Made by a program: the position numbers and the translations under genes. A DNA stretch of 50,766 nucleotides from Alphaproteobacteria bacterium (GTDB lineage Bacteria > Pseudomonadota > Alphaproteobacteria > CAAHEQ01 > UBA3637). The stretch spans positions 1 through 50,766 of the forward strand of contig JAFTHM010000001.1 in the NCBI GenBank assembly GCA_017457425.1, in the 5' to 3' direction. A model generated the notes under the pieces. The model was not told where the DNA came from. It saw only the letters and a program-made list of their open reading frames with translations, and searched no databases. Below are positions 41,522 to 49,599 of the stretch, one piece after another; within the stretch, counting starts at the first letter, position 1; the number at the start of each line of letters is the position of its first letter.

Positions 41522-41819
41522 CTTAACAGATGAAATGTAATAAAATCAATGACTTAACACTTCTTAACAGATGACTTTTTTAAAAAGCTAATAAAATCAA
41601 CAACTTAACACTTTAACACTTAAATCCTATATATTTATTATATTTTATATATATTACATATATAGTAATAAGTATATTAATATAATATATAAAAAACATA
41701 AAAGAAATATAGTAAAGTGTTAAGTGTTAAGTTTTCCTCAAAAACCTTTATATTTCAATAAGTAAAGCCTTAACACTTAGGTGTAAAGCAAGTGTTAAGT
41801 TTAGCGTTCAAGTGTTAAG
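41522..41819. repeat. Iteron-like array flanking a nearly pure AT core
   Basis: CTTAACAC(T)T or CTTAACAGATG at 41522, 41563, 41573, 41604, 41612 and 41769. The reverse form AAGTGTTAAG is at 41714, 41722, 41790 and 41810. The AT core spans about 41625-41712. Confidence 0.75.
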
Positions 41820-41836
41820 GTAAACATAAAGAAAAA

Positions 41837-41901
41837 TGCACATTAAAGCGAATCGTATAATGAGCATTATTATGTGCAAAATCAATATGTTATACTATAA
41901 T
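41837..41901 (+). promoter_or_regulatory. TA-module promoter with TGCACAT / ATGTGCA operator half-sites
   Basis: -10 TATAAT at 41896-41901. Half-sites at 41837-41843 and 41872-41878, the latter over the -35 position. Confidence 0.5.
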
Positions 41902-41926
41902 AAAAAATGCAAAAGGCGGTGTCAAA

Positions 41927-42196
41927 ATGAAGATCATCCCGCTATCTGAATTAAGAAATACATCAGCGGTTTCAAAAATGGTTTTAGAGGACGGCCCACT
42001 ATTCATAACCAAACAGGGAAGGGAGTATTTAGTCATGTTATCACATGAAATGTATGAAGAACTTCAAAGAGAAAACAACGATATGAAACTATACATTAAA
42101 GTGTTGCAATCTGAAATCACACAACTCAAGAACAATGGAAAAACCACACCGTTAAAAGAGGTTGTTAAAAAGCTGGATGAAAAATATGAGCTATGA
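41927..42196 (+). CDS. Phd/YefM-family antitoxin
   Basis: MKIIPLSELRNTSAVSKMVLEDGPLFITKQGREYLVMLSHEMYEEL. Confidence 0.75.
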   Translation: MKIIPLSELRNTSAVSKMVLEDGPLFITKQGREYLVMLSHEMYEELQRENNDMKLYIKVLQSEITQLKNNGKTTPLKEVVKKLDEKYEL

Positions 42197-42440
42197 GGTT
42201 GTATTAAGTGAAAGAGCGGAAATACACCTTGAAAGTATATACAACTGGATCATCTTAAATCATCCAGCCAACGCCAAAAAGGTCAAAGACAATCTCATTA
42301 GCAGCATGATGAGTTTGTCAGTATTTCCAAACCGAGGGGCCCGATACCGTCAAACGGAATACAAGTTTTTAGTAAGCGGCAAATTTAAAATTGTTTATAC
42401 TGTTGAAAACAATCAAGTGATTATATTAGCAATAGAATAA
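42186..42440 (+). CDS. ParE/RelE-family toxin
   Basis: MSYEVVLSERAEIHLESIYNWI...FPNRG...FKIVYTVENNQVIILAI. Overlaps the antitoxin end by 11 nt. Confidence 0.75.
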   Translation: MSYEVVLSERAEIHLESIYNWIILNHPANAKKVKDNLISSMMSLSVFPNRGARYRQTEYKFLVSGKFKIVYTVENNQVIILAIE

Positions 42441-42516
42441 AAAAAGGCGTTATTTTTGCATAAAAATTGCAAATTTTAGTGAAAAACGGTCAATATGTGC
42501 AAAAAATTTGTTTATA

Positions 42517-42545
42517 TTGCACATCAATTAATATTCTGATATAAT
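42517..42545 (+). promoter_or_regulatory. Strong orphan sigma-70-like promoter
   Basis: TTGCAC (42517-42522), 17-nt spacer, TATAAT (42540-42545). The -35 overlaps a TGCACAT half-site. Confidence 0.5.
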
Positions 42546-42551
42546 AATTTC

Positions 42552-42631
42552 AAGGCATATAAATAGTATATATTCATAGGGAAGTCCGTTCAGTTCAGTA
42601 TTAAAAAAGACGTTTTAACAACGTCTTTTTT
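42552..42631 (+). ncRNA. Candidate small RNA of about 80 nt (promoter-to-terminator unit with no ORF)
   Basis: There is no ATG between the promoter and the terminator hairpin at 42605-42629. Confidence 0.3.
42603..42631. terminator. Bidirectional terminator between the convergent units
   Basis: Stem AAAAGACGTT / AACGTCTTTT with loop TTAAC. An A-run precedes it and a T-run follows. Confidence 0.7.
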
Positions 42632-42636
42632 AATTG

Positions 42637-42921
42637 TTATAAATCTTTTGCTATTATTCTTTTAAATTTAACTTTACTGTAAATTTTATATTCCTCGCAA
42701 AACGTATGAAACCCTGGCATGTTATCCTTAAATTTAACCGGCAAAAATTTAATCGTACAAATGCAGCGGTATAGTTCGGCCAGGTTTTCAAGACTTGAAT
42801 TCTTTTTAATTAACTCCATGGATTGATTGAATTTATATTTATGCACGTTGAATAAATCCGAGAATTTTTTAATTCTTGCTTGTGCAACTTTTCGCTCCCA
42901 ATAATAAATTTTTTCTTGCAT
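42637..42921 (-). CDS. Hypothetical protein (94 aa), last gene of the early small-ORF array
   Basis: GAGGGG RBS before ATG 42921. Confidence 0.55.
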   Translation of the reverse strand: MQEKIYYWERKVAQARIKKFSDLFNVHKYKFNQSMELIKKNSSLENLAELYRCICTIKFLPVKFKDNMPGFHTFCEEYKIYSKVKFKRIIAKDL

Positions 42922-43068
42922 AATATTTCCCCTCATTATAAAATTTTTCTATGACAACCCAACGAGAACTCAAAGCCAGGCGAATTTGTGCCAAATTGCA
43001 GCGGAAACTGATCATAAAACACAAATGGTCAAATGTTGACCGTCAACGCTGGGATAAAATTATATCTG

Positions 43069-43218
43069 TTATTTTAAAAGAAAGAAATCGGTAACTTTAA
43101 ACGTTTGGGCCATATCAATAGCAACACCAACGCCTAACCAGGCACTAATAAAACCGGCAAGAAAACAGATTGTAAGAAGTACAACCCAAACGCCAATATC
43201 CTCAATGTAATTTTCCAT
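43069..43218 (-). CDS. Small membrane protein (49 aa), below the ORF-track cutoff
   Basis: AAGGGAG RBS. MENYIEDIGVWVVLLTICFLAGFISAWLGVGVAIDMAQTFKVTDFFLLK. Confidence 0.45.
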   Translation of the reverse strand: MENYIEDIGVWVVLLTICFLAGFISAWLGVGVAIDMAQTFKVTDFFLLK

Positions 43219-43372
43219 GATCAACTCCCTTCATTTCAATTAAATCCCCTTTGATTAACGCATAATTTTTAATTCTTTCATGACTGATAAACTCTTTAAC
43301 TTCATTCAGATTGAAAAAATGACTTAGGCCATAACTTTCATCTGAATACCAGTATAAATAATATGTTGACAT
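43202..43372 (-). CDS. Small ORF (56 aa), below the ORF-track cutoff
   Basis: AAAGGAA RBS before ATG 43372. Overlaps the next ORF by 17 nt. Confidence 0.4.
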   Translation of the reverse strand: MSTYYLYWYSDESYGLSHFFNLNEVKEFISHERIKNYALIKGDLIEMKGVDHGKLH

Positions 43373-43474
43373 TCAATTCCTTTCGTTTTATAAATGTTAA
43401 TGGATATTTATTATTCATTGTATGTATTTGTTACCCACATTCTTTATTTTTGTCGAATATAAAAATGGAATAAA

Positions 43475-43501
43475 AGACTAACTGGCGTTTGCGGTTGGTC
43501 T
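43475..43501. terminator. Hairpin terminator after ORF 43513-43740
   Basis: AGACTAAC / GTTGGTCT stem with one wobble or mismatch. T-tracts on both strands. Confidence 0.4.
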
Positions 43502-43512
43502 TTTTTCTAACC

Positions 43513-43740
43513 TTAATAAAACCCCACATTCGGCCAATGACAAGCCTTTTCTTTTTCCTCGCTAGTCCAATGTAACCACTCAGAAAGATATTCAAGCCTT
43601 ACCCCTTTTACTTTGGTGCCAAGAACGATTGCTTGACAAATAGAGGGTTTACTCACATTTAACGTTTTGGCACAATCGGTAACGCTTGGATATATTTTAA
43701 GAGTGTTAATATCTATTAGTTTTCTTGTTCTATTCGCCAT
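43513..43740 (-). CDS. Small HTH protein (NUMOD1-like)
   Basis: IYPSVTDCAKTLNVSKPSICQAIVLGTKVKGVRLEY pattern. Confidence 0.4.
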   Translation of the reverse strand: MANRTRKLIDINTLKIYPSVTDCAKTLNVSKPSICQAIVLGTKVKGVRLEYLSEWLHWTSEEKEKACHWPNVGFY

Positions 43741-43823
43741 TTTATCTAACCTTAATAATAATTTTTATTATAAGTTCTTCTACTTCTCTTATATTTTTTA
43801 ACTTTCTTTCGTGTTGTCTTTTT

Positions 43824-44327
43824 TTAAATCTTATCTTTTAAATCGGATGGAACAATAAAACCCCGCTCTTTAAATTTTTTAACCCTTAAATATACCCCTT
43901 CCAAATCTCTCGCTCTATTTTCGTTTAAAATCAACCAACCACAAGTTAAATAATCAAAGTCCTCACAAACCTTTTTTACTTCATTTGAAAACGGAACGTA
44001 ATAAAACATATTATGTTTAAAATCAAACTGTCCAACACAATCATCCGGATCACCAAAGTATTTTGTGATTAATTGATATTTACCATAAGATAAAGCGTAT
44101 TCAGTTTGACATTTCCAAAATGGAAGGTTCTTAAAAACTTCTAAATCCTCATCATCTCTAAGAAAAATATCATAATCATTAGGTATGTTAAAATTTGCTA
44201 ACGAATAAATGCAGCCGCCGGCAAAATATGCTTTATTTTTAAGAATGGTTTTATGTTCATCATCAAACAACTTTAAAAACTCAGTGAAAACCCGGTCTAA
44301 CTCTTTTGTTATATGTGTATCATTCAT
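43824..44327 (-). CDS. Minimal nucleotidyltransferase (CCA-adding / polyA-polymerase head-domain-like, 167 aa)
   Basis: YFAGGCIYSLANFNIPNDYDIF (GG-x12-DxD) and QFDFKHNMF (compare RDFTINAM). Confidence 0.5.
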   Translation of the reverse strand: MNDTHITKELDRVFTEFLKLFDDEHKTILKNKAYFAGGCIYSLANFNIPNDYDIFLRDDEDLEVFKNLPFWKCQTEYALSYGKYQLITKYFGDPDDCVGQFDFKHNMFYYVPFSNEVKKVCEDFDYLTCGWLILNENRARDLEGVYLRVKKFKERGFIVPSDLKDKI

Positions 44328-44545
44328 TTCACATCCCTTTTATAATCAATACAATCAATAAGTTTTTGTAAATTTTCTAAGCCCCATTGTTCACCCAAAA
44401 TATTAACATCTTTATGAAAAGATTGCCCTCTTGCAATTGAAGTAATAGACCGGTTGATACAATCAATAAAAGATTCTTCATCTTTTACAACGGTATCAAC
44501 TCCAAACAATTCTAACTTTTTTATTTTTTGCTTATTTAGTTTCAT
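44324..44545 (-). CDS. Hypothetical protein (73 aa)
   Basis: Intact ORF with 4-nt overlaps to both neighbours. Confidence 0.5.
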   Translation of the reverse strand: MKLNKQKIKKLELFGVDTVVKDEESFIDCINRSITSIARGQSFHKDVNILGEQWGLENLQKLIDCIDYKRDVK

Positions 44546-44760
44546 TTCTTAACCTCAAAATTATCCTCTAACCATTTAATCGCCTGATCCACACGGTCAA
44601 CATCCCAGGTGTTCTTTCTCAACTCTTTTAAACTATGAATAACGGGGTTAATTGTAGCGTGGCCCATTAGTTTATTAAGTTTATCCAATCTATCCATACA
44701 AGCCAAAATAAAATCATCTTGGGCCTTTTTTGTTGTTATAATTAAATTAAATATTTTCAT
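44542..44760 (-). CDS. Hypothetical protein (72 aa)
   Basis: Intact ORF in the coupled array. Confidence 0.5.
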   Translation of the reverse strand: MKIFNLIITTKKAQDDFILACMDRLDKLNKLMGHATINPVIHSLKELRKNTWDVDRVDQAIKWLEDNFEVKK

Positions 44761-44941
44761 TTCTCATTCCTTTCATTTTAGATTTTGCTCCATTTTGGGT
44801 ATTTTCTAAAATGGTAGCACCAACAAGAAAATAATACCCCTTCCCAGACATAATATATCCACGTGTGTGGCAGTAGATATAACATCTATATTTATCTGGA
44901 TACTCTTTCACAACTTCACCCTTCACGATCACTTGATACAT
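44747..44941 (-). CDS. Hypothetical protein (64 aa)
   Basis: Intact ORF in the coupled array. Confidence 0.45.
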   Translation of the reverse strand: MYQVIVKGEVVKEYPDKYRCYIYCHTRGYIMSGKGYYFLVGATILENTQNGAKSKMKGMRNENI

Positions 44942-45144
44942 TATTCAACCTTTCTCAAGCTCTTTTTCCAATCTTCAACCGGTGCTATGTTGAAAGAATG
45001 ACTTAAACAAATGCCCCAAGGTGAACAAAACCAACAACAACCGCTCTTTGTTGGTTTTTTTGAACACCAAATCCAAGAACCATTTTTATCCATAGCAACC
45101 CATCCTTTTTTCATAAAAGGTATTAAATCTTCAATGTTGACCAT
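44941..45144 (-). CDS. Hypothetical Trp/Cys-rich protein (67 aa)
   Basis: Intact ORF in the coupled array. Confidence 0.45.
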   Translation of the reverse strand: MVNIEDLIPFMKKGWVAMDKNGSWIWCSKKPTKSGCCWFCSPWGICLSHSFNIAPVEDWKKSLRKVE

Positions 45145-45422
45145 TTTCCTGTTTCCCCTCTAAAACAACCATCTCTTTCTATTTTCTCAATCGCAGCCTT
45201 TGCGTCTTCACGATAAAGGCACGCAACCCATTCTGTTCTTTTTGCTTCATAGTCATTTCCCTTTTTACAACATCTACTACATACACAAGTGGACATTGAA
45301 CCGTGTTTATAATGAACATAAGTAAAACCATCGGGGTGTTTATCTTCAACCGTTTCGCCAAAAAAACAAATGTATTTTACGAAATTGTGAAAACCAAGTT
45401 TACAAAGTAGTTTTTTAATCAT
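45123..45422 (-). CDS. Cys-rich (zinc-ribbon-like) hypothetical protein (99 aa)
   Basis: CKLGFHNF ... CVCSRCCKKG. Confidence 0.5.
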   Translation of the reverse strand: MIKKLLCKLGFHNFVKYICFFGETVEDKHPDGFTYVHYKHGSMSTCVCSRCCKKGNDYEAKRTEWVACLYREDAKAAIEKIERDGCFRGETGKWSTLKI

Positions 45423-45733
45423 TCCCCTAACCTTTCAAGTAAACGTTCATAATCACTTTTTCCAGTAAATTTATATTCAACATCTTTAATCGCAGCTAAC
45501 GCACCTAATGGGAGTGTATACGTGTGTCTGTTATATTCCATCATATCACAACCATTATTTATGGCTTTAAGTGCTTCAGTCGCAATTTTCACTTGTTCTT
45601 TTAACATTTCGTTTTCAGAATTAAACTTGTTTGAAACGTTAAAGTATCTACACGAATTTAAACATTTCTTTAATTGGCGGCGTTTCCACCAACTAATATT
45701 TCTAATTACAGGATTATTGTTTTCTTTACTCAT
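45419..45733 (-). CDS. Hypothetical protein (104 aa)
   Basis: Intact ORF with an ATGA overlap upstream. Confidence 0.5.
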   Translation of the reverse strand: MSKENNNPVIRNISWWKRRQLKKCLNSCRYFNVSNKFNSENEMLKEQVKIATEALKAINNGCDMMEYNRHTYTLPLGALAAIKDVEYKFTGKSDYERLLERLGE

Positions 45734-45909
45734 CTCAACCCCCTTTTATTAAACACATCATAAACGACAGCGAACAAAAATAAAGGCCAAATTGAAACAA
45801 CCCAACCAAACCACATAAACGGTTTTTCAATCACGTATTTCTTAAATTCATTGTTCAATAACGTTAATGCTATAAACACAACAAGACCAAGTATGAGATA
45901 GATAATCAT
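45730..45909 (-). CDS. Small two-TM membrane protein (59 aa), below the ORF-track cutoff
   Basis: ATGA overlaps at both ends. MIIYLILGLVVFIALTLLNNEFKKYVIEKPFMWFGWVVSIWPLFLFAVVYDVFNKRGLR. Confidence 0.5.
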   Translation of the reverse strand: MIIYLILGLVVFIALTLLNNEFKKYVIEKPFMWFGWVVSIWPLFLFAVVYDVFNKRGLR

Positions 45910-46100
45910 TTTAAAACCTCATCAATTTTGGTTAAAACATTTCGCTTTTCATCAAATTCAGCAGGGGAAAGACAATCACAAAAACCAACCATTGGTTTAC
46001 ATCTTTTTAGCAAATTTTTAAGTTCTTCATTTTCTGTTTCCAGTTTTTTATACTCATCTAATTGAGCTTTGGTTATTAATCTTACTGATTCGTTTGACAT
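45906..46100 (-). CDS. Hypothetical coiled-coil protein (64 aa)
   Basis: Intact ORF in the coupled array. Confidence 0.5.
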   Translation of the reverse strand: MSNESVRLITKAQLDEYKKLETENEELKNLLKRCKPMVGFCDCLSPAEFDEKRNVLTKIDEVLK

Positions 46101-46102
46101 TT

Positions 46103-46585
46103 TTAACCTCCAATCCTTTTTGTTAATATTTTATACTCATCAATTAATTTAGCGGCTTCCGGATCTGAACCAGCTAACAACTCAAGCATTTTTGCGGCTT
46201 CAAATTGCCGTTTCATTTCTTCAATTTTATTTTGTAAATAAACTTGGCGTTGTTTGTCTTTGTATTCTTGAATCTTGCATGATAAATCAACGGTTCCAAG
46301 AATTGATTTTGTAGCAATGTTGACTTTTTCCATATTGGCAATATTGTCATCAACCACTTCATACACCTTAGCAATCCTAAAATCATTATTGACAATCGTT
46401 AATACCAAATCGTTTTCATTAATGTCATATCCGGGATTTTTATAATAATATGTAATCGGTGAAAATGCTTTTGGATCAACACCTTCAAGTGCTAAAATAC
46501 TATTGTCACCGTTCAAAATTGGATATTTAACTCCAACAACCGGATGAATTTTATTTTGTTTCATGAAATTTTTAGTATCTGTCAT
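46103..46585 (-). CDS. Hypothetical protein (160 aa)
   Basis: AAAGGAG RBS before ATG 46585. Confidence 0.55.
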   Translation of the reverse strand: MTDTKNFMKQNKIHPVVGVKYPILNGDNSILALEGVDPKAFSPITYYYKNPGYDINENDLVLTIVNNDFRIAKVYEVVDDNIANMEKVNIATKSILGTVDLSCKIQEYKDKQRQVYLQNKIEEMKRQFEAAKMLELLAGSDPEAAKLIDEYKILTKRIGG

Positions 46586-46757
46586 TTTTAATCTCCTTTC
46601 TTTCAATCAATAACCAATACAAAAATATATCAACAAATGGAACCACGAACCACATCAAAGCACAAATATAACGGTTGTTTTCAACGGCCCACAAATAAGC
46701 CAACGCAAATAAAATGTTTAATAAAATGAATCTGATCATGATGTTTTTTCCTTTCAT
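46572..46757 (-). CDS. Small membrane protein (61 aa from ATG 46757; ATG 46739 is also possible)
   Basis: The first codon of the longest ORF lies inside the -35 of the promoter at 46785-46814. GGTGGGG RBS before 46757. Confidence 0.45.
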   Translation of the reverse strand: MKGKNIMIRFILLNILFALAYLWAVENNRYICALMWFVVPFVDIFLYWLLIERKEIKNDRY

Positions 46758-46784
46758 AACTACATACCCCACCTGGTATATTAG

Positions 46785-46814
46785 TCTTATAATCTCTTTT
46801 TTTGATAATGTCAA
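46785..46814 (-). promoter_or_regulatory. Sigma-70-like promoter of the small-ORF array
   Basis: On the minus strand: TTGACA (46809-46814), 18-nt spacer, TATAAG (46785-46790). Confidence 0.5.
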
Positions 46815-46821
46815 TAACTTT

Positions 46822-46851
46822 TTTAGATTTTTTCTAAATATTTTTAGATTA
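46822..46851. promoter_or_regulatory. TTTAGA palindrome plus TTTAGATTA, immediately upstream of the -35
   Basis: TTTAGA-TTTTT-TCTAAA at 46822-46838 and TTTAGATTA at 46843-46851. Spacing matches 752-781. Confidence 0.5.
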
Positions 46852-46878
46852 TTTTATAATTATTTGATATTTAAAGAG

Positions 46879-46914
46879 AAAAAAAAAGGATTGTGAGGGT
46901 AATCTCACAATCCT
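46879..46914 (-). terminator. Duplicate of terminator 1-36
   Basis: Same sequence. Here the full minus-strand context is visible: TAG, hairpin, T9, CTC. Confidence 0.7.
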
Positions 46915-47308
46915 ACTTTAAAAACCATTCTTTAATTTCTTTCCAAGAACCAACAAATAAAGGTTCCATAAAATCATTTTCTTTACCCCAAACATCACCT
47001 TTACCATTCATAAAAGCATGTCCACTTTTTGGAGTTATGCAATAAAGAACATCACCAGTTTCAATATCGCAAATTTTAAATTGATCATATAAATTTCCAT
47101 TCATAGGGCAACAGTTCTTGAAAAACACATAAGTTTTTTCAGTATCAAATTTATTTGATTTGCTAATAGCTTTTAATTTTTTTAATAGTGACCGGCCTTT
47201 ATTCAATAAGGCTTTATCACTGCAAAACCAATCATACCAAAGACTTTTGATAAAATCGTCTGTTTGATGTGATTGTAATGTTTCTGAAATTGTCAATCTG
47301 TCTTTCAT
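46913..47308 (-). CDS. Duplicate of ORF 35-430
   Basis: Identical translation. Confidence 0.6.
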   Translation of the reverse strand: MKDRLTISETLQSHQTDDFIKSLWYDWFCSDKALLNKGRSLLKKLKAISKSNKFDTEKTYVFFKNCCPMNGNLYDQFKICDIETGDVLYCITPKSGHAFMNGKGDVWGKENDFMEPLFVGSWKEIKEWFLK

Positions 47309-47324
47309 TGTTTGTTTCCTTTTC

Positions 47325-47540
47325 TTATAAATAACATAAAATGTGGCTAGGGCTATTATCTAAAATGCCGAGGGCTTGACTTCTTGATTCACATTTGACT
47401 TTTTTATAATCATCCTCGCCTTTGCCACTTACAACAAGTGTATTATCGTGAAATAAAAAAGCAACCCAGTCATGGCCTGATTCATAAACTTCACAATCAT
47501 CTTCATTTCTTACAAATTTAAAACCAAATACATTTTTCAT
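47325..47540 (-). CDS. Duplicate of ORF 447-662
   Basis: Identical translation. Confidence 0.5.
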   Translation of the reverse strand: MKNVFGFKFVRNEDDCEVYESGHDWVAFLFHDNTLVVSGKGEDDYKKVKCESRSQALGILDNSPSHILCYL

Positions 47541-47710
47541 CTTACTGTTCCTTTTCTTCATTAAGGGCTGATCATCATCCCTTTCTATAATTATAGAATA
47601 ACTCTTTTGGTAATAAATGTCAATAGATTTTTAGATAAAATCTAAAAAAATTTAGATTATTAAGCATTTATAAAGAAAGAGTTAGAGGTTTTCACTCTAA
47701 CTCTAAAACA

Positions 47711-49588
47711 TTATTTCTTTACAAATACCCTTTGAACCTTACCGTCAACGGATTTTGGCTTAACTTCCAGATCAAAACGCCGTTTAACTTGTTTTGAAAA
47801 CTCAATCTTAGACATTGGTTGACAGTTGTTTGTCAAACAGAATTCAGTATATTTCATATAAACGGATGTTGTCGTTTGATTTTCAACAACCAAATCCTCA
47901 TATTCTTTGAAGAATCCAATCAACGGATTGTTGCTTTCTTCATATTCTTCAAGCTCTTTTTGAACGATTGCCGATTCGCTGAACTCTTGATTTTCCAAGA
48001 CCCGTTTTAATCCCTGAATACCTAAAAGAATGAGGTATTCAATATTTTCCGGCTCCCTCAATTCATATTTAATATATGGCCGGTAATCCGGATCATCCTT
48101 TGAGAATGTGGCATTAAACGGAATAATCACGAGTCGGCGTTGAACGGCCCCGGTTTTATCCTTAATTCTTGGAATGTCATTGGCTGAGAATAACAACTTG
48201 GCATAGTTATTGAAATCAAACGGCCGCTCACCTTTCCGCTGAACCTGGATTCTATCGCCGGTTACAAGTTTTTTGAATACCGCCGAATTACCGATAAACT
48301 CATCACCAATATCATCACCAATATTGGCCAGTTTGCCAAACAACTCGGCATTTTGGAATTTCTCGTTGAGTTCCGACAAGTCAAGAGATGTTATGTTATC
48401 ATCACCTAGAACCGTTTTAACCATGTCCAGGAACGTTGACTTACCGTTTGACTTGTTACCGGTCAACATAAACGATTTACCCAGCTCATTCCTTCTAAAA
48501 AAGCAATATCCGATTGCTTCTTCAAGCAAGTTGCGAATCGTCTGATCATGACAAGCAAGTTTATTTAATGTGTTTTCAACCAGCTCGGATTTAGCAGCGG
48601 GATTATAATTAAAGTTGATTTTATTCGTTATAATGAATTTATCCGAGAATGGCAACAATTCATCTTTAACAACGTCATAAATGCCATTTTTAAACGCTAT
48701 GTAATTGGCTGGCGACAAGTTCACACTATCACAAATCAAGATGTTTAAATAATCCAAAACTTCCGTCCGTTTGGCCCGGTTTAAGTTTGGAATATGCCGG
48801 ATCATTTCCGATTCGATTTTTTCCCGTCCTTCAACATAAATACCGTCCTGGTAAATATGCAGCTGTTTGTTGATTTTCACAATATGAGCGTTGTTTTTGA
48901 TGAACTCGGCAAATTCATCAAATAAAAATGTTTTACCGGTTGCACCGCCAAAGAATGACTGTTTTTTAAATGCGTCATCCCTCATGATCGTGTTAAGCTC
49001 TGATTTTTTCAACGGTTCAGCCAACACATATTTATTGATTATTTCCAGACATTCTCTTGACTCGTCAACGCTGAAACCGTTTCTTTGCAAGGTCAAAATG
49101 TATGTGAATAACTTTTGGTTTCTTCCTTCGCCGTTTTTCATATTCAGAAAATCGGCGTTTGATCTAACCGGAATGAAAAACTTTGGCACTTCCTGATAAT
49201 CACCGGAATCATATAAAACTTCTCGCTCTTTACCGGCAAATTTTAAAATTGAATAGGCATTCCTTCCAACTTTCACATCCGCCATTAAACCACACGCCAA
49301 TTTAACACCCGTTCCACACTTTATGACAGTGTGATTTTTAAACATAATATGATAACCACGTGTTGTTTGATATACCCGACACTTTAACTGTAAATCCTTA
49401 ACTATTGTAAAAGCCGTTTGTGCCTGGGCCGAATCGTCAAAATCTAATAAAATTGATTCGCCATTCAAAACCCCCGCAAATTCCTCAAACCCCTTAACAT
49501 CTTCATAACTGTTTAAATTCTCAACATCTTTGAATTTCCCCAAACATCTTTTATTTTTTGTTTTAACGTAACCTCTGAAAAAAACCAT
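47711..49588 (-). CDS. Duplicate of the primase-helicase gene
   Basis: Identical translation. Confidence 0.85.
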   Translation of the reverse strand: MVFFRGYVKTKNKRCLGKFKDVENLNSYEDVKGFEEFAGVLNGESILLDFDDSAQAQTAFTIVKDLQLKCRVYQTTRGYHIMFKNHTVIKCGTGVKLACGLMADVKVGRNAYSILKFAGKEREVLYDSGDYQEVPKFFIPVRSNADFLNMKNGEGRNQKLFTYILTLQRNGFSVDESRECLEIINKYVLAEPLKKSELNTIMRDDAFKKQSFFGGATGKTFLFDEFAEFIKNNAHIVKINKQLHIYQDGIYVEGREKIESEMIRHIPNLNRAKRTEVLDYLNILICDSVNLSPANYIAFKNGIYDVVKDELLPFSDKFIITNKINFNYNPAAKSELVENTLNKLACHDQTIRNLLEEAIGYCFFRRNELGKSFMLTGNKSNGKSTFLDMVKTVLGDDNITSLDLSELNEKFQNAELFGKLANIGDDIGDEFIGNSAVFKKLVTGDRIQVQRKGERPFDFNNYAKLLFSANDIPRIKDKTGAVQRRLVIIPFNATFSKDDPDYRPYIKYELREPENIEYLILLGIQGLKRVLENQEFSESAIVQKELEEYEESNNPLIGFFKEYEDLVVENQTTTSVYMKYTEFCLTNNCQPMSKIEFSKQVKRRFDLEVKPKSVDGKVQRVFVKK

Positions 49589-49599
49589 GTTATCTCCTT

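Noticed and set aside
41522-41819. Whether the short repeat array is a CRISPR array.
   Set aside because: The repeats are only 8-11 bp, occur in both orientations, are irregularly spaced and often adjacent, and no cas genes are present.
42955-43098. A plus-strand 47-aa basic ORF (MTTQRELKARRICAKLQRKL...) in the gap between minus-strand genes.
   Set aside because: It has no RBS or promoter, and it overlaps the RBS-supported minus-strand 49-aa ORF. Left uncalled.
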